Source of the DNA: Propionibacteriaceae bacterium
Lineage (GTDB): Bacteria > Actinomycetota > Actinomycetes > Propionibacteriales > Propionibacteriaceae
Direction: 5' to 3'
DNA: 32,000 nt
Assembly: GCA_031256725.1 (NCBI GenBank)
Contig: JAIRQE010000010.1
Span: 17,194 to 49,193 of the forward strand
Shown: piece after piece, positions 1-6,068 of the stretch
How positions within the stretch are numbered: position 1 is the stretch's first letter
How the letters are laid out: every line of letters starts with the position of its first letter
Translations under genes and position numbers: made by a program
Notes under the pieces: model-generated
Seen by the model: only the letters and a program-made list of their open reading frames with translations
What the model was told of the DNA's origin: nothing
Databases searched by the model: none

Positions 1-405
1 ACCAAGCCAGCCATCCTTCCGCGCGACGCTATTGCATCCGCTGGTCGTACCCTGGTGGAGCTCTTCTCTCTGGCACGCGAACTCAACACTGAAGCTGAAG
101 GCATTGAGTTGGGTTCCGGCCCTGTCGATGACCAGTTGGTCGCCGACCTTGCCTTGCCGATCGAAGACCTTTCTTTGACAGTACGGTCGTACAACTGCTT
201 GAAGCGTGAAGGAATCCATACTGTTTCGGAACTGGTTTCTCGCTCCGAGCAGGATCTGATGGATATTCGCAACTTCGGTCAGAAGTCCATCGACGAGGTC
301 AAGCTTAAGCTTGCTGAACTGGGCCTCACCCTCAAGGACTCCATCCTCGGGATGGACTCCTATTCACTTAACCGTTATGACACCGACGACGATTTCGCCG
401 CCTGA
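1..405 (+). CDS. rpoA: DNA-directed RNA polymerase alpha subunit, C-terminal part (5' end lies outside the window)
   Basis: Frame 1 is open from base 1. The translated tail [58 protein letters not shown] is the alpha-CTD helix-hairpin-helix signature. rplQ follows, as in the conserved cluster. The GTG at 55 in the ORF track is internal. Confidence 0.95.
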   Translation, partial: TKPAILPRDAIASAGRTLVELFSLARELNTEAEGIELGSGPVDDQLVADLALPIEDLSLTVRSYNCLKREGIHTVSELVSRSEQDLMDIRNFGQKSIDEVKLKLAELGLTLKDSILGMDSYSLNRYDTDDDFAA

Positions 406-432
406 AGCTCGACAGAATTTGGAGATTGACAA

Positions 433-966
433 ATGCCAAAGCCAACAAAGGGCCCTCGCCTGGGAGGTTCACCCGCCCACGAGAGGATCATCCTTGCAAA
501 CCTTGCTACCCAATTGTTCGAGCATGGTCGCATCACAACCACGGAGACCCGTGCCAAGAGGGTACAACCCCTTGCTGAGAAGTTGATCACCAAGGCCAAG
601 AAGGGTGACCTTCACAACCGTCGCATCGTGATGAAGACCATCAAGGATCCGACAGTCGTCCACGTACTGTTCACCGAGATCGCCCCAGCTGTCGCTGAGC
701 GTGATGGTGGATGTACCCGTATCACCAAGGTCGGCCCCCGCAAGGGTGACAACGCTCCGATGGCGATCATCGAGATCGTGACCGAGGAGGTTGTTAAGAA
801 GCAGCGCGCCAAGAAGGCTGAGTCTGTGAAGGAAGCCGACACTGCTGAGGTTGTCGACGAGGTCGAAGAAGTAACCGAGGAAGCCGTCGAGGACACAACC
901 GACGCTGTTGAAGATGCAGTTGAGGACGTTGCCGAGGCTGCTGAGGAAGCCACCGAAGAGAATTAA
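433..966 (+). CDS. rplQ: 50S ribosomal protein L17 (bL17) with an acidic E/D/A/V-rich C-terminal tail
   Basis: The N-terminus [56 protein letters not shown] is typical of L17. A ggag lies shortly upstream of the ATG. The last ~50 aa are low-complexity and acidic. Confidence 0.95.
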   Translation: MPKPTKGPRLGGSPAHERIILANLATQLFEHGRITTTETRAKRVQPLAEKLITKAKKGDLHNRRIVMKTIKDPTVVHVLFTEIAPAVAERDGGCTRITKVGPRKGDNAPMAIIEIVTEEVVKKQRAKKAESVKEADTAEVVDEVEEVTEEAVEDTTDAVEDAVEDVAEAAEEATEEN

Positions 967-985
967 TTCTCATGAACTCCTGTGA

Positions 986-1022
986 GCGCCAATCCACTTT
1001 ATGTGGGTTGGCGTTTACTTTT
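986..1022 (+). terminator. Rho-independent terminator of rpoA-rplQ
   Basis: The stem pairs gcgccaatccac (986-997) with gtgggttggcg (1003-1013). It is 11 bp including one G:U, with loop tttat, followed by tttactttt. Confidence 0.75.
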
Positions 1023-1196
1023 ATGGTGCATGATCACTTAACTTCGACAAAATCGCTGTGCGATTTGGTCTCGTGTCCCTCGCGAAAGAGTTTTACCTTC
1101 GCCTTCCCTGATAACCAGTAGTCACTTATGATAACATTATGACGCGATTTCTTTGGTTGATGGAAGGTCCAAAATCGTAGATAGGGGTACTCAACT

Positions 1197-1685
1197 GTGG
1201 GCGTTTTTGAGATCTTTCAACTGTGTATTCCAGTTGTGACATTTGCTATGGGGTACTTCTTTACGAATATCGGGTACAAGCGGGAGAGAAAGCTGAGCAT
1301 CATTCGGGAGAAGTTCGAGAAGCTTTATCATCCGTTTTATATGTTGATTCAGGAACTTGGTACAGAGAGGGAGGACGGGTTCGCCCTCGATAGTGATAAT
1401 CTTGATACCTTGAAACCCTTCTTTGACCACCTGATTAGCAATGTGTATCTCGCATCATCTGAGGGACAGAGGATCTTCTGGGAAACACGACAGTGGTACA
1501 TCCTGTGTCACAAGAGCGAGGCAACACCCGAGTGGGAGGAGGCCCTAGGCAAGGGGATTGGAGACCTCTTTAGCCACCTCTTTGAAGAGTACCTCGCCTG
1601 CGCTCGAACTTTGGGGTACGACCTCGCCTTTGGGTGGTACGGCGCCCGTACCGAAGAAGACTCTGATGCCCAAGAGCAGAGTTAG
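1197..1685 (+). CDS. hypothetical protein with one N-terminal hydrophobic helix (orphan ORF in an AT-richer patch)
   Basis: This is the only long ORF in the stretch and starts with GTG. The N-terminal segment FEIFQLCIPVVTFAMGYFF is hydrophobic. I recognise no family motif. The start is uncertain; an alternative ATG lies at 1248. Confidence 0.45.
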   Translation: MGVFEIFQLCIPVVTFAMGYFFTNIGYKRERKLSIIREKFEKLYHPFYMLIQELGTEREDGFALDSDNLDTLKPFFDHLISNVYLASSEGQRIFWETRQWYILCHKSEATPEWEEALGKGIGDLFSHLFEEYLACARTLGYDLAFGWYGARTEEDSDAQEQS

Positions 1686-1696
1686 CGCCGGTTTTG

Positions 1697-1729
1697 TTTT
1701 GGTGTGTTTTCGTGTCAAGAGGCCACAGG
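1697..1729. repeat. direct repeat copy 1 (TTTTGG...TGTCAAGAGG..ACAGG)
   Basis: ttttggtgtgttttcgtgtcaagaggccacagg resembles 1887-1917, ttttggcgcttttccatgtcaagaggacagg. TTTTGG and TGTCAAGAGG are shared exactly. Confidence 0.6.
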
Positions 1730-1782
1730 TCGGGTCCTTTAAGAATCAACGGCTTGAACACCATCAATTCTTTAGGGACACG

Positions 1783-1840
1783 ACCCCCCCCCACACACAC
1801 AACCAACCTCACACCCACGTACACCCTTCCCCCCCACCGC
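1783..1840 (+). repeat. strand-asymmetric C/A-rich low-complexity tract with C9 and C7 homopolymers
   Basis: acccccccccacacacacaaccaacctcacacccacgtacacccttcccccccaccgc. The C9 run is at 1784-1792 and the C7 run at 1829-1835. The + strand has almost no G, so the complement is G-rich. Confidence 0.9.
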
Positions 1841-1886
1841 AGATGAGACGAGCCGCTTATACCTAAGCAGAATCAGGGCCGTTCGG

Positions 1887-1917
1887 TTTTGGCGCTTTTC
1901 CATGTCAAGAGGACAGG
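1887..1917. repeat. direct repeat copy 2 (TTTTGG...TGTCAAGAGG..ACAGG)
   Basis: See 1697-1729. The two copies bracket the C/A-rich tract. Confidence 0.6.
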
Positions 1918-1944
1918 CCCAAGGATTGGATCATGAATGATCAC

Positions 1945-2352
1945 TCAATAGGTTAGTCTTCCAACAGGGTCCTCGGTCGTGAGTACCTCCCAGCCGAGCG
2001 AGGTTGCGGTCTTAATGAGTCCCTGATCAAAGGTCGCCAAGGTCGCACCGTGATAAGCGACCGTATCTAGAACGCAACAATGAGGCAAACGCAAGCGAGT
2101 GGAAATGCGAAGATGAGCAATCCTGGAAGGATGGGCGTCATCAGGAGACCATATTTCAATTCCGAGATTATGGATGGCTTGCGTGACGAGTGTCTCGCTG
2201 TTAACTCGCACAGCTCCTACAAGGATCTCTGAATAAGTGAGAGGATGAAGGAGTAGCTCTTCCTCGTGATCCATGATGGTTGCAGCAGGCTGAGAATGGA
2301 TGTGACCTTTTTCCAAGAGTGCAATGACCACGCAGGCATCGAGAACGATCAT
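1945..2352 (-). CDS. vapC: PIN-domain ribonuclease toxin VapC
   Basis: The N-terminus MIVLDACVVIAL carries the conserved Asp. Acidic residues in YSEIL, CVLDT and TFD are spaced as in PIN domains. The gene lies 11 nt downstream of a small antitoxin-like ORF on the same strand. Confidence 0.8.
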   Translation of the reverse strand: MIVLDACVVIALLEKGHIHSQPAATIMDHEEELLLHPLTYSEILVGAVRVNSETLVTQAIHNLGIEIWSPDDAHPSRIAHLRISTRLRLPHCCVLDTVAYHGATLATFDQGLIKTATSLGWEVLTTEDPVGRLTY

Positions 2353-2363
2353 TCACCCCAGCC

Positions 2364-2621
2364 TTACCAGTCTTTGCGTAATTCTTCAAGAAAGTTGTCA
2401 GGGAACGCCCCGGATAGAATCCCTTGTGATTCAGCTATTGCTTTCCTTCGAACAGCTCTCTTCGCCTCTCGCTCATCGGCCAAAGCCTGAGAACCGAGCA
2501 CTATCAATTGAGTTGCGATCTTGCTTTTGGGGGCATCCGGCCACCGGGAAGCAGCAGCCTCAAGAGCATCTTGAACCTGGTCCGTGAGTGTGATCTGAAT
2601 ACGCGGCAGAGTGGTAGCCAT
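2364..2621 (-). CDS. vapB: VapB-type antitoxin (ribbon-helix-helix-like N-terminus)
   Basis: This 85-aa ORF lies directly upstream of vapC. The N-terminal MATTLPRIQITLTDQVQDALEAAA looks like an RHH strand-helix. A TACACT box and an inverted repeat lie at its start. Confidence 0.7.
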   Translation of the reverse strand: MATTLPRIQITLTDQVQDALEAAASRWPDAPKSKIATQLIVLGSQALADEREAKRAVRRKAIAESQGILSGAFPDNFLEELRKDW

Positions 2622-2627
2622 AAGGAT

Positions 2628-2656
2628 AGTGTACCACTGAACATCTTTAGTGGTAC
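2628..2656 (-). promoter_or_regulatory. putative vapBC promoter/operator: -10 TACACT overlapped by a perfect 8-bp inverted repeat
   Basis: On the - strand TACACT (2633..2628) lies 6 nt before the vapB ATG (2621), implying a leaderless transcript. On the + strand gtaccact (2631-2638) and agtggtac (2649-2656) form a perfect inverted repeat with a 10-nt spacer. Confidence 0.5.
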
Positions 2657-2687
2657 AGATGCTGGATGGCGAAGACAGTCATGGCAC

Positions 2688-2975
2688 GACACGGTGGTGA
2701 ACGTCGCGAAATTAACATTTGTCGTTACTCCAGTGGAGCGATTGGTTTCCGCATACCTTGACCTAGCCGAGTCAATGGCTATGAAGCGAATTCCCATGAC
2801 GATGGAAGACTGGGAGGAACGGCTCAATGGATTTCCGGCCATAGCCGATCGTGAGATTCTCCAAGATGCTGGAAGAGTGAGCGCAGAGATCGCGAAAGCT
2901 CATGTAGAAACAGAGTTTGAGGAATATCGCATCGCCCAGGATGCGCTCTTTCGTTCGGACTTCGACAGATTCTAG
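2688..2975 (+). pseudogene. C-terminal remnant of a RhuM-family (virulence protein RhuM-like) gene
   Basis: The translation ...VERLVSAYLDLAESMAMKRIPMTMEDWEERLNGFPAIADREILQDAGRVSAEIAKAHVETEFEEYRIAQDALFRSDFD matches the conserved RhuM C-terminus (..MYLDxAE....PMxMxDW..KLDxFL....REIL..AGK.S...A...A..EYEK.R). The upstream part of the family is absent, and that space is occupied by vapB on the other strand. Confidence 0.55.
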
Positions 2976-3028
2976 GAGTTGTAGAATCAGGCCTCCATGA
3001 AAACCAGAAGTGATCTGTATGCTCACGG

Positions 3029-3072
3029 TTATTCTGAATCAGGGGTAGTTTTATTCTGAATCAGGGGTAGTT
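3029..3072 (+). repeat. perfect 22-bp tandem duplication (ttattctgaatcaggggtagtt x2) in the serS promoter region
   Basis: Period-22 identity holds exactly from 3029 to 3072 and breaks at both flanks. A degenerate third gaatcagg lies at 2984-2991. Confidence 0.95.
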
Positions 3073-3084
3073 GTGGTGAGGCAC

Positions 3085-3090
3085 TAGACT
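3085..3090 (+). promoter_or_regulatory. -10 box TAGACT of a leaderless serS transcript
   Basis: TAGACT fits the actinobacterial TANNNT consensus. It is followed by 7 nt (tgtaccc) and then the serS ATG at 3098. There is no Shine-Dalgarno sequence. Confidence 0.55.
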
Positions 3091-3097
3091 TGTACCC

Positions 3098-4372
3098 ATG
3101 ATTGATCCGAAACTGATTCGTACTAACCCTGACTACCTGAAGCGTGCCCAAGTAGCGCGCGGGGAGTCTGAAGAGTTGATCGACCAATTGATCTCGGCAG
3201 ATGAGGATCGTCGTACGGCTATCGCAAGCTTTGAGGCACTCAGGGCCCAGCAGAAGGAACTGGGGCGTTCGGTCGCCAAAGCCACATCCGAGACTCGTCC
3301 TGCACTCCTGGCTGAGGCATCAGCATTGGCTGAGAAGGTTAAAGAAGCCGAGGCAGCCTCCAGCGAAGTGGAAGCCACCTTTAATGAGTTGATGGCACTC
3401 GTACCCAACCCTGTTTTTGATGAGGTACCTCGCGGTGGGGAAGAGGACTTTGCCGTCCTCGAAACTGTCGGGACTCCGCGTGACTTTGAAGCGGAAGGTT
3501 TCACGCCGAAAGACCATCTGGAGCTTGGGGAGATCCTGGGAGCCATCGATATGGAACGAGGGGCCAAGGTTTCGGGATCGCGGTTCTATTTCTTGACGGG
3601 TGTGGGGGCCTTGCTGGAATTGGCGCTGACCCAGTACGCCGTCACGAAGGCGGTGGAATGGGGTTTCAACCCGATGATCGTACCCTCGCTTGTGAAGCCT
3701 TCGGCTATGGAGGGTACTGGCTTCCTTGGTCAGGCGGCCCAGGATGTCTACCATCTGCCAGCCGATGATCTCTACCTCGTGGGTACCTCTGAGGTTGCGC
3801 TGGCTGCGTACCATTCCGATGAGATCCTGGATGCGGGCACCCTTCCACGAAAATACATGGGGTACAGCCCCTGTTTCAGGCGCGAAGCCGGCTCCTATGG
3901 CAAGGACACTCGCGGTATCTTCCGCGTCCACTGGTTCGACAAGGTCGAGATGTTTGTGTACTGCCGTCCTGAGGATTCCGAAGCCGAACACCTCAACCTG
4001 CTGAACTTCGAGAAGGAGTTCATCACCTCGCTGGGGATCCCCTTCCAGGTTCTGGATGTTGCCTCGGGGGATTTAGGGCTGTCCGCAGCCCGCAAGTACG
4101 ACTGCTATGGGTGGGTACCAAGCCAGCAGAAGTACAGGGAAATCACCTCGACCTCGAACTGTACCCAGTTCCAGGCCCGTCGTCTCAATATCAGAGCCCG
4201 TTATGAGGATGGGATCGGCCCAGTCGCAACCCTCAACGGTACCCTGTGCGCCATGCCAAGGATGATCATCATGATCCTGGAGAATAATCAGCAAGAAGAC
4301 GGCTCAGTGGTCGTACCTGAGGTGCTTAGACCCTATCTTGGGGGACGTGAGGTACTGTCTCCTCTTTCATAG
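3098..4372 (+). CDS. serS: seryl-tRNA synthetase
   Basis: The N-terminus [23 protein letters not shown] is followed by a coiled-coil arm. Class II motifs are present ([49 protein letters not shown]). Confidence 0.97.
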   Translation: MIDPKLIRTNPDYLKRAQVARGESEELIDQLISADEDRRTAIASFEALRAQQKELGRSVAKATSETRPALLAEASALAEKVKEAEAASSEVEATFNELMALVPNPVFDEVPRGGEEDFAVLETVGTPRDFEAEGFTPKDHLELGEILGAIDMERGAKVSGSRFYFLTGVGALLELALTQYAVTKAVEWGFNPMIVPSLVKPSAMEGTGFLGQAAQDVYHLPADDLYLVGTSEVALAAYHSDEILDAGTLPRKYMGYSPCFRREAGSYGKDTRGIFRVHWFDKVEMFVYCRPEDSEAEHLNLLNFEKEFITSLGIPFQVLDVASGDLGLSAARKYDCYGWVPSQQKYREITSTSNCTQFQARRLNIRARYEDGIGPVATLNGTLCAMPRMIIMILENNQQEDGSVVVPEVLRPYLGGREVLSPLS

Positions 4373-4412
4373 CTGTAGTCTTCCTAGGGATAATTCCTAG
4401 AAAGGGACAACT

Positions 4413-4634
4413 ATGGCATATACGGTGGTACGGGTCCGTCTTCAAGGATGGACAGACAAGTTCCAGGATTTCGAGTCCGATACTGATTTTGGCGCGCAGG
4501 CCTATCCGGGCCTGGATAATTATCTATCAACGATGGAAATCAGGGGTTGGACAGTTGTTAATACCGCTGTCGCTTCCACAGGTGCTGGTATTCCAGCCCA
4601 CCTCATGATCACCCTTCACCGACCTGATGCTTAG
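4413..4634 (+). CDS. small DUF4177-like protein, paralogue 1 (subtype A, 73 aa)
   Basis: MAYTVVRV...LDNYLSTMEIRGWTVVNTAV...ITLHRPDA. By my hand alignment 38 of 73 positions are identical to paralogue 3. The RBS aaaggga lies 5 nt before the ATG. The pattern (beta-strand YxVV, ..L..ME.RGW.VV.., ..HRP) resembles DUF4177; this is inference, not a search result. Confidence 0.7.
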   Translation: MAYTVVRVRLQGWTDKFQDFESDTDFGAQAYPGLDNYLSTMEIRGWTVVNTAVASTGAGIPAHLMITLHRPDA

Positions 4635-4769
4635 TGTCCACCAACAAGGTATCCTCATGAATAACCTCATGAATCCTGGATGTGTTGATGAAGACTGGCT
4701 GACTATTTGAGCGGAGTCATTCTGTGGAAGAACTTTGTACGCAAGGATAGATATTTTACGGGTACCCAT

Positions 4770-4804
4770 CTAGAGTTATATCACATCGATATGAAAGGAA
4801 TGTC
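4770..4804 (+). promoter_or_regulatory. conserved promoter/leader cassette of subtype-B paralogues (copy 1)
   Basis: cTAGAGTtatatcacatcgatatgaaaggaatgtc. The -10 TAGAGT lies at 4771-4776 and the SD is aaagga. The cassette is nearly identical to 5471-5506 and 5732-5768. Confidence 0.55.
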
Positions 4805-5011
4805 ATGGCGTACACGATGGCGTGAGTCCCTCTGATGAGTACATGGAAGGACCCCTGTGAAGAAGTTCAGGATGATCACGATTTTAAAGTGAGGAACAAT
4901 AGTGCATTGGATGAGTATTTGACTACCATGGAGTCACGAGGCTGGTCGATTGTCAATGTCATCAATTCTGATTCCGTAACCTTCCTGATTACTTTTCACA
5001 GATCGGAGTAA
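4805..5011 (+). pseudogene. small DUF4177-like paralogue 2 (subtype B) interrupted by an in-frame TGA at codon 7
   Basis: The in-frame reading is MAYTMA*VPLMSTWKDPCEEVQDDHDFKVRNNSALDEYLTTMESRGWSIVNVINSDSVTFLITFHRSE*. The TGA (4823-4825) sits where all four other copies have Arg. The rest of the frame is intact. It is absent from the ORF track because the largest Met-initiated piece (4835-5011) is only 58 aa. Confidence 0.7.
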
Positions 5012-5082
5012 CCACGAATCCAGGATTGCGAAGATTGGCCGATAACGAGCCTCATGATTAGCCGAATGATTGTGAGGAAACC

Positions 5083-5304
5083 ATGGCTTATACAGTCGTA
5101 CGAATCAAGCTTGGGATTTGGAAAGAAAGATTCAAGGAAACACCCACCGACTCTGATTTCGATGTGGATACCTATCCAGAGATGGATGAGTACCTCTCAA
5201 CGATGGAGGAACGTGGCTGGTCCATAGTGAACACTGCCGTCAGTTCTGGTAGTAATGGAGTGGCCTACTATCTGCTGGTGACCCTCCATCGCCCCGAGGT
5301 ATGA
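5083..5304 (+). CDS. small DUF4177-like protein, paralogue 3 (subtype A, 73 aa)
   Basis: MAYTVVRIKLGIWKERF...MDEYLSTMEERGWSIVNTAV...VTLHRPEV. The RBS gaggaa precedes the ATG. Confidence 0.7.
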   Translation: MAYTVVRIKLGIWKERFKETPTDSDFDVDTYPEMDEYLSTMEERGWSIVNTAVSSGSNGVAYYLLVTLHRPEV

Positions 5305-5310
5305 CCCGTT

Positions 5311-5379
5311 ATACTGCGCGCAAGTCGCAGCATCCAGACCCCAGGATTCCTGGATTCTGCGACTAAAGCGCAGAATGAC
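5311..5379 (+). repeat. ~69-bp intergenic repeat with internal hairpin, copy 1
   Basis: atactgcgcgcaaGTCGCAGCATCCAGaccccaggattcCTGGATTCTGCGACtaaagcgcagaatgac. The stem pairs 5324-5337 with 5350-5363 (13 of 14 pairs). A second copy lies at 5983-6050. Confidence 0.85.
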
Positions 5380-5470
5380 GATGTGTGGTTATTCCCCTCA
5401 GCCAGAGGAAGCTTCTTGATCTGCCCCCCGCAGAAGGAACGGAGTCATTCTGTGGGGACTGTCGATGTGA

Positions 5471-5506
5471 CTAGACTCGTATCACATCGATATGAAAGGA
5501 AATGTC
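5471..5506 (+). promoter_or_regulatory. conserved promoter/leader cassette of subtype-B paralogues (copy 2)
   Basis: cTAGACTcgtatcacatcgatatgaaaggaaatgtc. The -10 TAGACT lies at 5472-5477 and the SD is aaagga. Confidence 0.55.
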
Positions 5507-5713
5507 ATGGCGTACACGATGGTGAGGGTTGGACTGTGGGGATTTCGTGATCCCTTCAAGGAAGTCGAGGATGATCATAGTTTTAAGACGCGAGCCTATC
5601 CCGACCTAGACGACTACCTCACGTCTATGGAGTCTCGTGGCTGGAGGATCGTCACAGTGAACCCTTTGCCTGATGGATTAAATATGCTCATTACATTCCA
5701 TAGACCTGAGTGA
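5507..5713 (+). CDS. small DUF4177-like protein, paralogue 4 (subtype B, 68 aa)
   Basis: MAYTMVRVGLWGFRDPFKEVEDDHSFKTRAYPDLDDYLTSMESRGWRIVTV...ITFHRPE. I place the start at 5507 rather than the ORF-track 5492. All paralogues begin MAYT, and the upstream ATG lies inside the conserved SD cassette (atgaaagga). Confidence 0.7.
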   Translation: MAYTMVRVGLWGFRDPFKEVEDDHSFKTRAYPDLDDYLTSMESRGWRIVTVNPLPDGLNMLITFHRPE

Positions 5714-5731
5714 CCGTGTACCTGGCCACGG

Positions 5732-5768
5732 CTAGACTTTAGTATCACGTCGATATGAAAGGAACGCC
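5732..5768 (+). promoter_or_regulatory. conserved promoter/leader cassette of subtype-B paralogues (copy 3)
   Basis: cTAGACTttagtatcacgtcgatatgaaaggaacgcc. The -10 TAGACT lies at 5733-5738 and the SD is aaagga. Confidence 0.55.
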
Positions 5769-5972
5769 ATGGCTTACACAATGGTACGAATCCCTATGGT
5801 AGGTGTCTTCTCAAGCCCCTTCAAAGTAGTTGAGGATGACCATGACTTTAAAGTGAAAAACCATCCCGAGTTGGATGATTATCTGACGACCATGGAGTCG
5901 CGAGGATGGGCAATCATATCCGTTGAGTCCTTCGGTGAAGGAATCCTCGTGACCTTTCACAGACCTGAGTAG
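5769..5972 (+). CDS. small DUF4177-like protein, paralogue 5 (subtype B, 67 aa)
   Basis: MAYTMVRIPMVGVFSSPFKVVEDDHDFKVKNHPELDDYLTTMESRGWAIISV...VTFHRPE. Confidence 0.7.
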   Translation: MAYTMVRIPMVGVFSSPFKVVEDDHDFKVKNHPELDDYLTTMESRGWAIISVESFGEGILVTFHRPE

Positions 5973-5982
5973 TCACCACGTC

Positions 5983-6050
5983 ATACCGCGCGCAAGTCGC
6001 AGCATCTAGGCATAGAATTCTGGATTCTGCGACTGAGTGCGCAGAATGAC
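5983..6050 (+). repeat. ~68-bp intergenic repeat with internal hairpin, copy 2
   Basis: ataccgcgcgcaaGTCGCAGCATCTAGGcatagaattCTGGATTCTGCGACtgagtgcgcagaatgac. The stem is preserved, and a C-to-T change becomes a U:G pair on the + strand. Confidence 0.85.
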
Positions 6051-6062
6051 TGTACAAACAGC

Positions 6063-6068
6063 TAGACT
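6063..6068 (+). promoter_or_regulatory. -10 box TAGACT of a leaderless HAD-hydrolase transcript
   Basis: gcTAGACTcgtaaacATG has a 7-nt spacer to the ATG at 6076. The block ctagactcgta is identical to the one upstream of paralogue 4 (5471-5481). Confidence 0.5.

Noticed and set aside
1783-1840. Possible actinobacterial 6C sRNA (two C-rich loops)
   Set aside because: 6C RNA needs two stem-loops that present the C-runs in their loops. I find no complementary G-containing arms flanking either C-run on the + strand, so the fold cannot form.
2508-2687. N-terminal 60 codons of ORF 2508-2975 as part of a full-length protein
   Set aside because: This part is antisense to vapB and has no RhuM-like sequence. 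Only the portion from ~2688 matches the RhuM C-terminus, so the ORF is a chance extension of a gene remnant.
3029-3072. CRISPR-like array or T-box leader upstream of serS
   Set aside because: There are only two repeat units, directly abutting with no spacer, and no cas genes. The -10 box lies 7 nt from the ATG, leaving no room for a T-box leader.
3320-3991. 223-aa ORF on the - strand inside serS (similar cases: 3133-3567 and 4073-4294)
   Set aside because: It is fully antisense to a confidently identified serS. It has no recognisable motifs and an Arg/Gly/Pro-biased composition typical of shadow ORFs opposite real genes.
4823-4825. TGA in paralogue 2 as a selenocysteine codon
   Set aside because: The homologous position is Arg, not Cys, in all four paralogues. 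I see no convincing SECIS-like hairpin immediately downstream; there is only a 4-bp gtcc/ggac pairing with a 19-nt loop. A nonsense mutation is the simpler reading, but this remains untested.
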